A stretch of 64,000 nucleotides of DNA, from NCBI GenBank assembly GCA_965644495.1, contig CBFFSA010000004.1, positions 248,001-312,000 of the forward strand, written 5' to 3'. Within the stretch, counting starts at the first letter, position 1. Each line of letters starts with the position of its first letter. Positions 22,429 through 34,883 of the stretch are shown in pieces. A program made the position numbers and the translations under genes. The notes below the pieces were generated by a model that did not search any database, had not been told where the DNA came from, and was given only the letters and a program-made list of their open reading frames with translations. The DNA comes from Perkinsela sp. CCAP 1560/9 (lineage: Eukaryota > Protista > Euglenozoa: Kinetoplastea).

Positions 22429-25400
22429 CTAATCCTGAAACTTCCTGCTCCAAGAATCAGCGATGTTTTCTTCTGAGCGGATATAGGATGGTTCAATCTT
22501 TAGTCTACGCGCTTCGGTAAAATTTAGGATTGTATCGAGGACAGAAGACATGGCGCTGGAGTTCGACCATTTTCGCTGTATAGCAGCCGCTGCACTCGTG
22601 TTATCTATTCGCAATTTAATATGTGTAATGTTAGACCAATGGTCATCGAATGCATGTAAGGCATTAAGTACAGCTTGCGTCTCCCCACGATTTATTTCTG
22701 TGTCGGTTTTCCTTTGGGCACCAGTGGCGTAAATTGTGCCGCGCGGCAAAAAGAGTACTGCTCCCCATCCGCTGAGCGACGCGTCAGTGTATAACGTTGC
22801 CGTTTTGTTTGTAGTACGTTTATCTATCTCATACTTGGTCCAAGGATTTCGCAGTACACATTGCAGCCATTCCGATAACTGGTGCCTCACTCCGTGTGAT
22901 AGGATTAGTTCAGTATTATCATGTATTATCGCCTTATTTAACCGCGAAATCTGACGTCTTGTATACTTAATGGCCCAATAGTAAAGAGGTAGATGAATAG
23001 GAAGAGTACCGCTGGCATATATCAAGCGTGCCGTCAAGGTCTCTAGTTCATGAAACGGCATTTTTGTTGGAATGACCGCAGGCAACTTCTTTACAAACCT
23101 ACAATGTATCTGCTAATTTATACATTTTGGCGCTGTGGTCATATTGCACACCGAGGAATTCATATTCAGGTCCATTGTTGGAATCAATTTTCTTAAAAGT
23201 CATTCGAAGTGGCTTGGCGCCATCCATTTCTCGTATTGGCGGCGCTCATGCTCCGATCCGGACCACCGTAACCCGTCCGAATAAATGTCGAGATCTCCGC
23301 ATTGGGGAAATGAAGTTTGTGCATAATCAGGATGTCCCGCCATAACCGCTGTCAGTGTATGCTGAATTTCAGGTGCGCACATGTGCCCCATAGGCATCCG
23401 TGTTATTTGATAAAGTTTTCCTTTGTACTGAAACCGGTAGTATGCCCGCGTGATCGGGGGCAACCCAACCTGGTAAAATCCGCATTGTAAATCCCTCTTA
23501 ATTGCACCACTATGTTTAATTCGAGGAATCTAACTACCAGGCTGTGAGACAGGGACGTTTGCTGTATAGTGCGGCTCTATAGCCGAATTTTGCGCCTTCG
23601 GCCAAACGATGAATCGCCGCCGCGGACCGTCATTCCGAAACTCTAAAGCCGTGAAAGGGACTGTGAAAGGGTGTACTGTGCCTTTTGTGGGGTGGAGCTG
23701 CTCCTCTTCAATACTTTCATGTTCAATTATACCGGTTTCCTTTAGGTTATCAATGTCCTTACTACTTAATGATGAATCATTCGAATTGTTCAAGTTAACG
23801 TATGGAACCGGAGGCTTGTATACAGGGGGGGGGGGCACGAAAACTGACTAGCTTCGCATTTTAGCCTCGTGAGGCCGTTTGAGCTAATTTTTGTTGCAAA
23901 CGAGAGATCTCGTTCTGAATATCGTGTCTACGCTATTTAGAACTCGTTTGTATAAACCCGATATTTTGCATTTCGAAAATACTGAACTTTAAGACGATTT
24001 ATTTTGCAAAAAGCATAAAAAATAGTAAAAAAGTTGGTTTTCTCTTCTTTTTTCTTCACTATGGGCAAGCGGCATAGATTAAACCGTCGCCAATTGTCCC
24101 CAGAGCAGTCTTCGTATTCCATACGCATTGTTTGCGCACACGAAAGACATCGTGGTACAAGTATTGAAGACACGGCACGAATAATGAACTGTTCTGCGAG
24201 CTCTGTCTATCGGTACAAGGCACGTTTTGATGAGTCAGGTGACACGTGCGAGCTACTCGCGCGATAATGCCGTTGATACGGAGGAATTCCGTGCTATGCT
24301 CTGTACCCTTGTTGATGATGAGAAAGACACGCCATTCGGGTGTCCGGGGTTCAAATGGGTACACAAGAGAGTGGACAAGACACTTTATCCTTGTAGTCTG
24401 AACACCGTAAAACGGAGTTTGAAAAGGATGGGATACGTCATTAAGACTATGTCACACAAACCTTTCTTAACTGCTGAGCACAAGGCTGCCCGATTACAAC
24501 TTGCTGATTACTTCGATGGATGGAGTCCAGATCAGCTGTCCCGTGTGGTATGGTGTGACGAGAAGATTTTCCGATGTGGTTCACATGGGAAAAAAATCAC
24601 ATATCTTGCAAAAATCACTGACCCCCCAAGGAAACACCAGTAGAAATGGATAGGTGGTACGGGGGGAAGGGAGTGCATGTATTCATGGCAACCAGTCTGC
24701 GTTGGGAAGTACCCGATGCGTGTTTCCACGAGTTTTCCCAGAATGAAACCGTAACAAACGAAGTTTTTCTGAGAACAATGAAGAAGCGAAATGGGTTTTT
24801 TAACTGGATGCATCGGCGGCCGGGGGCTGCTGTTGTCCTTGACAATGCGCCAGGGCACGGGGCAGCCCGGAGAATAGGTAAGCTGGAAGGAATTAAAATT
24901 ATTGACTGGCCTTCGAAATCTCCTGATCTCAATTTGATTGAGAATTTGTGGAGTATGATGGATAAGTACATCCACACCCATCTTCGTCCGAAAAATCGAA
25001 CGGAATTGCAAGCTGCTATTCCTAAGGCGAAGGACTACTTGTTGGCAGAGTGTCACGAGGCGTATGTGAACACGTTACAGAGTCTTCCCACACGCCTCGC
25101 TACTCTACGTGAGCGTGGAGGTGGGAATACTGGATATTAAGACTTAGTTTCTACCGCGAAAGGCCAAAAATTACTATTTTGCGCTCTTTTTTCAATTTGC
25201 AAAATCTCAAAAATTTCAGTTTTTCGACCCATGGGAAAGGCTTGCTTTCATCAGTTTTTGTATTCTAAATAGCGTAGACACGATATTCAGAACGAGATCT
25301 CTCGTTTGCAACAAAAATTAGCTCAAACGGCCTCACGAGGCTAAAATGCGAAGCTAGTCAGTTTTCGTGGCCCCCCCTGTATATCACTCATCACTGCGTC

Positions 25401-25650
25401 AAACCTTTTACGTACTTCCGGTTTCATGTATTCACGTGCCTTTGTTATATCCATGATCCCCGTTTTGCGAGCATGAATCGGGTATTCCATTTCTTTTTGA
25501 TTTGGTTTACGCGTTCGGTTTCGGATCCTACCCAAAGATCTTCATGGAGCCCAGAGTATCGCGTCATCCTCGTGTGCCCACACGCTTCGGGAGAGATCAA
25601 AACGGGCAATTTTCGCTTTAATTTGATTATTCAAAGGAGGAACGATGCAT
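22429..25650 (-). pseudogene. RT/RNase H ORF of the YR retrotransposon, with frameshifts and a Tc1 insertion
   Basis: DLQCGFYQ, RMPMG..APE, IYSDG, FLGVQY. RNase H motifs YTDASLSGWGAV, E, IDNTSA, SEENIADSWSR. Confidence 0.85.
23823..25379 (+). mobile_element. Tc1/IS630-type transposon with ~120-bp TIRs and a frameshifted transposase (24061-25140, DD32E)
   Basis: TA|CAGGGGGG...CCCCCCTG|TA. Motifs WCDEK, LDNAPGH, WPSKSPDLNLIENLW. Excision restores the host RT frame SDI-YKPP. Confidence 0.92.
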
Positions 25651-26484
25651 TTTGCGTGCCCATTGCGATGGTCGTGGTCTCGTTTATCCCTGAGTATCGT
25701 AGTAGAGTACTGAGATGCTTGTGGTTTGCAATTCTCATGATATGCTCGAGTTCCACTTTCCCCTGAGCCACGTACCGCATCAGCGTACGTACTGCTCCAT
25801 GCTTGATGGAGTGGGAAGAGAATGCGTTGCCGAACTTGGCCCGAAGAAACTGTGTTACTTGCATTGTTGTCACTGGAGCCACCTTTTGCCGTGGGCGAAG
25901 GTGACGAATATAATCGTAAATCTCTTGTACATGCTTTCCCTCGATCACTACGAAGCTGTCTGGGCGGTAAGGCTGATCTTTTGTCGTTTTGGTTTTGCGC
26001 CCCCAGTAAATGACTATTCTGGTCGGAGTTAACAGTATGAAATCTTGTCTTGTTAGGTTCGCCACTTCTCCAATTCGTGAAGCTGTTTTGTATGCGATTT
26101 TTACGACCATATCGAAGGGCATGGTCCGAACAGCGAGTTCGAGATTCCAAGGTGATATTGGCTCCGCTTGATGTATTGGTTCTGCTGCCCCTTGTCTCGT
26201 TAAGACCTTTGCGTACATCTCGGCTCTGTTTTTCCGTATGTTGCGCTGTTTCCCGTTTTGTGATTTCTATTTGCTGGACGTGGTTTGCCGATGTTATTAG
26301 ATGTGCATTGTTTGTTCGCGTTGCTGGACACGTTTCCTGGGGGAGAGTCATATAATCGGCTTGTTTTAGTAATTGATAAGTTTGGGGAAGGAGCGTATAA
26401 CTTACTGGTTGTAATTGACGTACTCGTTTTGCTGTATGGTTTGAAAACTGGCTTTCTGCCGGGAGGCGGACTGTAGCTAGTCAT
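25631..26484 (-). pseudogene. Tyrosine recombinase of the YR retrotransposon (one frameshift near 26340)
   Basis: TASRIGEV (R), KT (K), HSIKHGA, ANHK, LRY catalytic pattern. Confidence 0.85.
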
Positions 26485-27722
26485 CTTGTTGCGCCAGGCC
26501 CCCCTGTGGAAAAATCCTGACCACCACGGTAGCGTACTCCAGGTCTCCCTCGTGAGTATGATCTACCACGTCCACCTGCGAATCCCCGAAAATAAGCACG
26601 CGAATAAGAAGGGGAATAATTTAACTGAGTATTAGGGTATTGTGACCTGAAACTGTACCGATAAGGAACTTGAGCTCTGTTGTAATCAATACTCCGGCGC
26701 AACATAGTACCCAAACTATCGTTTGGCTCACAAGAATTCGAATACTGTGTAACGATGTACTGGAAGTCACCTCCTCTCATGATGGCAAGTTTCATGCGCA
26801 ACATATCAAGAACGTGTTGTCCTTGTTGCGCATGCGCTTGGTACATGTGGGCATCAATGCCTCCACGTGCAAATGTGTCTCGAAGAAAATACATTAAACC
26901 ATCCCATGCCTCCAACACTGATTGTGGCATGCTCGCAGGCACATGCAATTCCGATCGAATTCGCTGGACCAGGATCTCTAGTGCGAACTTGTTGTCCGAA
27001 GAGAAATATACATTCTAAGTCTTAATGTCATAAATTTTGAACTGGGATTCCTTGACATCATTCTCTGGTCCATCTCCCCCACACGTCATGAGTTCAATGC
27101 GTTTGTATTTTACTCCTGCATTCGGAATTGAGTAGACACAGCCATTCCGAAATATCACGTCCAGCTTAACCCTAACTTGTTCATCCAATACTGCGCGCGG
27201 TGAACCAATCCATGTTGCGTCACGTTCCGGGCCAAAAGTTTCGCTGTACCAGGTGACCTTGATCTCACAATCACGTACTTCTAAAGCGGCAGCGATTTCG
27301 TTTATTTTGTCTCCCAGTTCGTGGTCTGTCATCGTGGAAGTTCCGTGAGATGGTACAAGGGTAGGTTGAGGTTCAGCCGGCAGGATCGATTGCAATTGAG
27401 GTCGTGACTGTGGTTGAGTATTGCTCCGCTCACCTTGGTCGTATAGCCAGTCTTCTTGACGCACCTGTGTTGACGTTGTGCTGTTCGCATTCCGTTGTGT
27501 TCCAGTCAAATTACTTAATTGGGTAGATATGTCCGCCACTTTGTTCACGAGCTGTTCCACTATAGAACGAAGTGCCATGCTCGTTTCCGTCATCTCATTG
27601 CTTGCTTGGGTAACCGGTTGTGAAGCCGTTGCAGCCTCTGCACTCTCGGGGCCACGAGAGCCCAAAGCTTGTGCTTCATTTTCACTCGATGCCGCTGCGA
27701 TTTGAGAGCGAGTTTGCGGCAT
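26481..27722 (-). pseudogene. Gag-like ORF1 of the YR retrotransposon, one in-frame TAG at 27015-27017
   Basis: ORFs 27015-27722 and 26481-26948 are in the same frame. RG-rich C-terminus overlaps the YR start. Confidence 0.7.
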
Positions 27723-28599
27723 AAATCAAAACTTTTATCGTGAATAATCAATGGATGAATCCTACCATAAAACAAATGTACATGTAATACAAACATTGAG
27801 CCGTTATAAAATATTCCTAATTATATAGACAATTCCAATTAATATCGCAGGCTCCTATGAACCAATGAGAACTGAAAGTATACGGAATCGGTTTCTAAAA
27901 AAATTTCAAACATGAAAAACGTTCGGGTAATATGCAGTATAAATGTAGGTTGAACGTGAAATTTTTCAACATTTTTCGAATTCATTTTTTTTGAAGGAAA
28001 TACGCGTACGCAGGAGAAATAAATTCAATAGGAATTCGAACTTCTTTGGAAACGTACTCCCTGTATTTCGGACCTTTTTCACTTCCCAAATGTTCTGTGC
28101 AACGTGTACTACTTTTATCTGGATGCAGCCTCAAGAAACCTCGATGACACCTTTCGGAACGTCGATGAAACTTCGCGAAACCTCGGTGAAACCTAACGAA
28201 ACGTTGAGAACATGATGAATCCCTGGTCAAACTTCGCGAAACTTCGCCATCCGTTGCCCCTCAAGTAAATGATGACATCTAGAGAGCAATGTTTTCTCGA
28301 GGGAATCTAGAAGAAATCTAAAGAAAAATCTAAGCACTAAATAGGGGGGATAGTAAGTGTAAAGTCGAGTGTAAAAGAGCTGAAATACCACTTTGAACGC
28401 CGCTAAAGTCGTTTACCATACGTCTAAATACAATAGAACAACCATTCAAGGTTGAAATTTATTAAAAGATTTCTTTCCAAAAAAGCTTTTTTCGACCTAC
28501 ATTTATACTGCCGGTGACCCAAACTTTCAATACAGCGTTTTTGTTTCAAAATCTACAGCAGAAAATCATCTACAGCTGCCGTAGATCTACTGCTACTAC

Positions 28600-30035
28600 G
28601 GCTACAGATGACTTATATTGTAGTCATTTTTCGGAAATTTGCGAAAGTGCATGAAAGGACTATTACTCATTTTTTCGAAATATGAAATGCGGTTTTTCGA
28701 TATGCTAGATGTTATTTCCCTATATTTTCCATTCCTTGTCTCAAAAGAAATACAGATCCTGATACAAATACATATCCTGATTGAAGAAATACACCGATTT
28801 TGATTATAACTGCAATCTTTGTATGAACTTCCAATCTTCATCTTCACTTTCATCAACAAGCGACTCACTAGAGTCTTCTTCTTCTTCTTCTTCTTCTTCC
28901 ATTTTGTCGTGTTCAAACTCGCTTTCCACTTCATCTTCTTCCGACTCGCTTTCACTATCACTTTCTGTCCCCATGTCTCGAGCTACTTTAAACGCACATA
29001 ACAGTACTTGTAACTTCTCTTGCCAAGACGGCTTTTTAAAAAATAAGGTAAACAACGCCACCGTCCGCTTAGACTCTCTCAACGACATCGATAACCTACC
29101 TTGTTTACGTATAGCCCGCGTCACTGCTGAATGACATGACTCCGCGTTGTTGGTCTGAGTTCCATCAGCAGTTACAAACTTAAACTTTCCTTTACTAGAA
29201 TGGTTCACAGTGCGGTGATCGCGAAATGCAATAACGTTCGAGTATCCTTTCCACCCGTCTGTAGTTACTATGGTACGTTGGCTGTCCAATGTGTGCTTCC
29301 TGATCGCCTGCTCCAAGGTTTCCTTATTTCGATTTTTTACGTGTAACCACACCGTGCTTACCGATTTACCGTTCCTTGCAACTTCCGTAAGAGTCAATAC
29401 CCACGTTGGTTTCTTACGAGTTCTTCGTCCGCGGTTGTACTTCCGGCTCCATAAATAAGTCTCGTCAACCTGACAACGCGAGTACTGTATCTTGGAGTTC
29501 CGATACTTCATGTACCGATAAACTGCATCTAAGAGCTCTTTTTTCCACGTAAATGCAGTTTTCCGGTCAACTTCGCATTGCGAAGCAATTGAGCTCATTG
29601 GAACACCTTGACACAGTTTTACCCAAAAAGAGAATTTCTTCTTTCTTTTCTTTTGTTTGCAAGACATGTAGGGATACAGCAGTGATAGACGTTTTCGACA
29701 ACTCCCCTTCTTCCGTCGTTTCCAGCAAATGTTTTCAAAGCGTCTCGCTGCACACCCTGTACCCCCATGCCTGCGACAAGTTTCGGACTTCACAATACCA
29801 TGGCTTATAAGAAATTTCTCGAATTGCTCGAATGGAATTGGGCCATCGTTTTTCCACTTGAGAACACAACGCATATCCGAGCACGAACAGGAGGCCATTT
29901 AGTGGAAAAAAAAGAAATGAAATAAGCCAAATCTTGTTTCACGCATAAATACAATGTATTCTGAGGGAGATGTCATGTTATATATTTGCTTCTCAACGTT
30001 TCCCCAAAATGACTACAATATATCACCCCATTAAC
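28600..30035 (-). mobile_element. Full-length Merlin/IS1595-family transposon
   Basis: Imperfect GG-starting TIRs sharing TATATTGTAGTCATTTT. Perfect 8-bp TSD GCTACTAC (28592-28599 / 30036-30043). Confidence 0.93.
28804..29898 (-). CDS. Merlin (ISXO2-like DDE) transposase, intact
   Basis: QVDETY..RKYNRGR, TDGWKGY, TVNHS, TNNAES. Cys-rich N-terminus and acidic tail. Confidence 0.93.
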   Translation of the reverse strand: MASCSCSDMRCVLKWKNDGPIPFEQFEKFLISHGIVKSETCRRHGGTGCAARRFENICWKRRKKGSCRKRLSLLYPYMSCKQKKRKKKFSFWVKLCQGVPMSSIASQCEVDRKTAFTWKKELLDAVYRYMKYRNSKIQYSRCQVDETYLWSRKYNRGRRTRKKPTWVLTLTEVARNGKSVSTVWLHVKNRNKETLEQAIRKHTLDSQRTIVTTDGWKGYSNVIAFRDHRTVNHSSKGKFKFVTADGTQTNNAESCHSAVTRAIRKQGRLSMSLRESKRTVALFTLFFKKPSWQEKLQVLLCAFKVARDMGTESDSESESEEDEVESEFEHDKMEEEEEEEEDSSESLVDESEDEDWKFIQRLQL

Positions 30036-30788
30036 CGCTACTACGTACTGCGATATCTACAGCAGCAAATGTATGCCTTTTGGGAGTGTGAGACATCTGC
30101 TAACCTACTTCTGTATCTCTTTCGAAGTTTTCTCACTAAATAGGCCTCCTTACCTTTTCTACCACATATTGGTTGGTACTATTTTTTGTGAATTCCAAAT
30201 AATGGGCTCGAGATCATGTCTTCGCGCTTTAGACTTAAAGTGTGCGGGACAGAACGTTGGGAGAAGTGAAACCCTTCGGACTGAAGGTTTGACGCGAGGT
30301 TTGATTACGACCGAATTCCTTACGGCCAATCTCGTGTACCTGACTACATAATTTTTGGAGAATAATAGCGCGTTACACTTCCCAAAAAACATATTTCCAA
30401 AAAAAGTCTTTCCTGAAACTGCTTGTCTCCTAAAAGCGCACTAAACCCCCCCAAATTTAGGGAAAGCACAAAAGTGCAAATTCACAAATCAAGAATAACA
30501 ATAATAAAAATCCATCAACAAACCTACATATTGGTTCAATCAATCTTACAGATGCACTTTGTACGTTCTATTCTTTTAAATCTAGACTTCTATTTTTTTT
30601 AAATCTATCAGTAAATGGAGCGTCATCGTGGGTGTATTTTCTCTTTCAAGACATTTACAAAACTACATTGTATAACAACAAGGTTGCAATGACATTCATT
30701 CTAGTATTGTTCGTAACTTTTTCACTTTATCAACTCTACGTTTCGCATTTAGATGCATTTTATTTAATCTTTGAATGAAGCGACAGGG

Positions 30789-31292
30789 TTACTTTTTCTT
30801 CTCTACCAGCGTTTCAATGAATGCCTTGCCCTTCTTACGGAGTCGTGCTGCTTGATCTGAAAGTGCTTTGCGTTGAGCGGCTGTCAGCTTCTTATATTTG
30901 GCAGATACCTTCTTTACCGCCGCGCGGAAACAAGCTTTAGGATTCTTGTGCTTTCCTTTCTCTGCCTGGTATATTGCTGGCATGGTACGCTTTAAGAACA
31001 AGCCATAAGGAAGGCAGCGTGCGCTTTTCACTTGTGCTTTGAGCGCTTTCTTTTGTTTCATATTCTGGGCAGCAATCTTACTCAAGGATTGGACTTGAGC
31101 AGGAGATAACTTTTTAAAAGCAGCATGTGCTCCGGCGAGATTTGGGTATCCCTTTTTACCTTTGCAAAACTTTGCTATAAATACACGCAGCACACTTGTC
31201 GGGGCCGACTTCCCAGCCCACGGCTTCTTGATAACTTTAAGGCGAAGCTTTGCGATGTTCTTGGCGAAGTTTGGAAATACACGAGCAAACAT
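30789..31292 (-). CDS. Kinetoplast DNA-associated (KAP-like) basic tandem HMG-box-like protein
   Basis: 167 aa from MFARVF (short mitochondrial presequence-like), K/A-rich. Two degenerate HMG boxes (F...AAFKKLSPAQ; PYGLF...YKKLTAAQRKAL). Confidence 0.75.
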   Translation of the reverse strand: MFARVFPNFAKNIAKLRLKVIKKPWAGKSAPTSVLRVFIAKFCKGKKGYPNLAGAHAAFKKLSPAQVQSLSKIAAQNMKQKKALKAQVKSARCLPYGLFLKRTMPAIYQAEKGKHKNPKACFRAAVKKVSAKYKKLTAAQRKALSDQAARLRKKGKAFIETLVEKKK

Positions 31293-31839
31293 TACAGGTA
31301 GAAAGACAACAAAAAAGATAAATAATCCGGGATGACATAAATTCTTTTTGTGTGACATTAAATTGACCACATAAATCTACGTAAAGATTGCCTACTCTTG
31401 GCTACTCTCCCTCTCATTAAATTCTATAATTTTAGTTGTTTCGTTGAACGGGGTTATTATCGTACAACGAAAATATACATGTTATTATCTAAACATATTA
31501 TCTATAAACATGTATTATCCAATCACTTTTACTGACGTACTTGATCTATCCATTTTCTCTAACCTGTAAAAGCATAATTTTTAAAAAGGTAAAAAGTCCT
31601 GTGCACGTAAATTTAAATTTTAAAAAGAATCTATTAGTAAATTCTATTTGTAAAGGATAATGATCCTACATGATGCATGAAAATGATCCTATATGTATGT
31701 GTATTCGCAGCGCGATCTCATTTACAAAAAAAGCTATAAAATAGCTACAATGATAAGCATTCTAGTACTTTTTATAATACTTTTACTTTATCAACTATAT
31801 TTAAAAACATTTTTTCTACCCTCGATTGAATCGAAACGC

Positions 31840-32343
31840 TTACTTTTTCTTCTTTACCAGCCTTTCAATGAAGGCCTTGCCCTTCTTACGGAGTCGTGCT
31901 GCTTCATATGAAAGAGCTTTGCGTTGAGCGGCTGACAGCTTCTTATATTTGGCAGATGCTTTCTTTGACGCCGCGCGGAAACAAGCCTTTTGATTCTTGT
32001 GGTTTCCCTTCTCTGCCTGGCACATTGCTGGCATGGTACGCTTTAAGAACAAGCTATAAGGCTTGCAGTTTGCGCTTTTCACTTGTGCTTTGAGCGCTTT
32101 CTTCTGTTTCATATTCTGGGTAGCAATCTTACTCAAAGACTTGACTTTAGAAGGAGATAACTTTTTAAAAGCGGCATGTGCTCCGGCGAGATCTGGGGCT
32201 CCCTTTTTGCCTTTGAGAAACTTTGACATGAACATACTTTTTGCACTTGTCGGGGCTGATTTTCCAGCCCACGGCTTCTTGATAACTTTACGACGAAGCT
32301 TTGCGATGTTCTTGGTGAGGTTTGGAAGTGCGCGAGAAAACAT
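31840..32343 (-). CDS. KAP-like HMG protein, paralog 2
   Basis: 167 aa, colinear with 30789-31292. Confidence 0.75.
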   Translation of the reverse strand: MFSRALPNLTKNIAKLRRKVIKKPWAGKSAPTSAKSMFMSKFLKGKKGAPDLAGAHAAFKKLSPSKVKSLSKIATQNMKQKKALKAQVKSANCKPYSLFLKRTMPAMCQAEKGNHKNQKACFRAASKKASAKYKKLSAAQRKALSYEAARLRKKGKAFIERLVKKKK

Positions 32344-32456
32344 TACAAGTAGAAAGACAAGAAAAAAGAAAAATAATCACAGCTGTTATAAATTCTTTCT
32401 GTGTGACATGAGATTGCCCACATACAGTGTAAATCTACATGCACTATGCAAAAAAC

Positions 32457-32995
32457 GGCTTATGTCGGATTCAATTGTAGTCATTTTTTGAAAACCATAT
32501 TTTTTAAAGCAACGTATTTTATTGGTCTAATATTGAGATTCTGAATACAAAAAAGAGAATATAAATTTATTCTAATACTAATGACATGCACATGTGCAGA
32601 TTTGAGTTGCGTATTGAAAAAGAAGCATGACGGTCACATTCCAAAGAACTTTGAAGATTTTTTGCGGAATCAGGGCGCTGTAACCGAGGAGAAATGTCCG
32701 CAGCATCACGAAAAAGGAAAGTTCCGTGACTCTTTCTCCAGTATTTGTTGGAAACGAAGGAACAGTGGGAGCTGTAGAAAGAGATTATCTAGGCTATACC
32801 CTTCCCTTTCTTCGGATCTGCGCAAACCATCCCAAAAGTTTTGGTTCCGGATTAAGATATGTCAAGGAGTCCCTAGCAATTGCTTCCCAGTGTCAGGTCC
32901 ATAGAAGGAATATCTTTGAGTGGAAGACAGAAGTGGTGAACACCATTAGTCGACAGGTGGGGCTTGAAAACAACAGTACAAAGCAATTCAGTATG
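32457..32995 (+). mobile_element. 5' fragment of a Merlin element
   Basis: TIR-like GGCTTATG..ATTGTAGTCATTTT and MTCTCADLSCVLK...ICWKRR...CRKRLS, homologous to the N-terminus of 28804-29898. Confidence 0.8.
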
Positions 32996-33019
32996 TAAAG
33001 GAAAAGAATATAATACCTA

Positions 33020-33967
33020 TTTTCGAGATTGCTGTTGCTACGGCGGCGAGGGGAAACACCGTAAATGGAGCGCTCATTGTCCGGCGGACCCTTGATGCGA
33101 TGGTGCGTGGTGATGTTTCGCCAGACAACGTCTCCCAAGCTGTTATTGTCAACTTGCGAGATGCGCTGTGCGGGCTTGTAATTGATCTAGCGCACTCTGA
33201 AGTTGAACCAATCGTAGAATTAGAACCTCCGAACCACGGAGATCAAAACAGCAAGAATCTCCGGAAAGCTTTTTGCGGTCTTATTGAGACGCGTGAAAGC
33301 CCTCGCTGCGGTACCCAACTTCATCAGTGTTTAACAGACACAGGGTTTACTACAGATCCGTGGCTTTCGCCGCAAGTAAATAGGACAGTGAAGGAATCGG
33401 TCGTCAACCGACCAGACATGGTGCACTACGCCAAGGTTCTGGCAGACTCCCCTCCTGACGCTCCGATAAAAAGCATTGATTCTGAGGGCGTGCGACTCGG
33501 GGTTTGGTCCCTCCTATGCAAGATGGGAGCGGTGCTCCCCATGCACCGCCTACGATATGAGGGTGCTGCGGTGTCTGCAGAGGCCCTCGAACGCCTCATG
33601 CTTGACGACCACAACAAAGCCACGAACAAGTCCATTGTGGCCAATCTCGCGGGACACGAACGTGCATTGGAAGTGGTAAACCGCGACTCGTCAACCATGC
33701 ACAAGTTTGCGGCTGGTACAGTTCCGTTGGCCCTTCGCACCCCAGCAGCGCGAAACGCCTACAAACCACCCCACCGTTAAAGTATCCTCAAGTATCGAAG
33801 TCTGGAACTACCCACATGCTCCACGAGGTACGTGCCGTCACTGCGGGAAGAGAGGCCATGAAATCCGGGATTGCAAAGTAAAAATCGAATTCTTGCCCGG
33901 TAAAGGCAACAATTATAAGCGTAGTCATTCTGGCTCAGTAGCTCAGAACAAATTTCAGAAGAAGTAG
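33020..33967 (+). pseudogene. Second gag-like zinc-knuckle ORF, frameshifted
   Basis: LHQCLT..GF, DSEGVRLGVW.LLCK, NKSIV..LAGH.RAL and TCRHCGKRGH are shared with 9362-10306. Confidence 0.75.
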
Positions 33968-34021
33968 ACAGAAGAAGTTTAGTTTAATCCACTGATATAC
34001 AGGTATCCGAACGCGTCAATC

Positions 34022-34512
34022 GTGGGGGGAGTAATCGCAAAAGAGAACGGGGTGCGAATTCTGCGCGCAGAGCTGCTGAAGAAAAAGTACACTATGAGCT
34101 TGAGCATATGTTGGCTGCACAAATTTCCATCAACAAATCTCTTGTATTCGAACTCATGCAACGTCATGGAGTATTCGAAAGCAGATCGGAAGGCTCTTTG
34201 TCCGAGAAATCGAAAGAACGGATAAACAAAAAATTTAAATACGCTTTCGGTTGGTCTTGGCAGCGTTTTGGGAGAAAACGCGTTATTGCACCTGCAGATC
34301 TTGAGGCTAGAATCGTCTCTTGGTCGAGGCAGCTGTACACGCAGCATCGCATTCGCCAATATAATTTTGTTTTTTTTGGGGACGAAACTTCAGCTTTTCT
34401 TGATGGGGGGCCGCACGACATGACCCTTGCCCCCGTTGGTTCTGAATCAATAAAGATTTCTCAAACAAATGAAGGGGAGGCAGTGACGTTTTTCTCGCCG
34501 GAATAGTGAACG
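34022..34512 (+). pseudogene. pogo/DDE_1-like transposase fragment
   Basis: FFGDETSAFLD....TLAPVGSESI resembles the pogo first-D region. Cut at TA|CAGTGCCG by another element. Confidence 0.55.
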
Positions 34513-34883
34513 TACAGTGCCGTTCCAGCCATATTGCAACAAACTTTTCGCTCATAGGAAAGGTCCTCAGATGAAATAAGTGGTGGAAACGCATCATTTA
34601 GGGTGGGGGATTTAGTGTAAAAATAGTTTGAAACAATTTCTAAATAAAATGATTTATTTTGCGGTCCCAATATTGGGTAAGACGCAATTTTTCGGCCCTG
34701 TTTTATCGAATTTTTGACATAAATACGTGTGAAATGTATACGAAGGAAATGTATACGAAGCACAGGATCGTTTGCTAAAACACAAAGCATTTCAAGAACG
34801 ACCTAGAAGTCAACAGAAAGCTCTAATATAGAATTCTATAGACTTTAGTATTGTTTCTACTCCCGAATCTAAAATTTATATCC

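Larger units (their letters stand above)
22030..27850 (-). mobile_element. VIPER/TATE-like tyrosine-recombinase (DIRS-order) retrotransposon, degenerate; ends approximate
   Basis: ORF order gag - YR - RT - RNase H on the minus strand, which is the known kinetoplastid VIPER/TATE layout. Confidence 0.85.

Noticed and set aside
27015-27017. Stop-codon reassignment or readthrough
   Set aside because: Host genes read through without internal stops and end in TAA/TAG/TGA. In-frame stops occur only in decayed elements.
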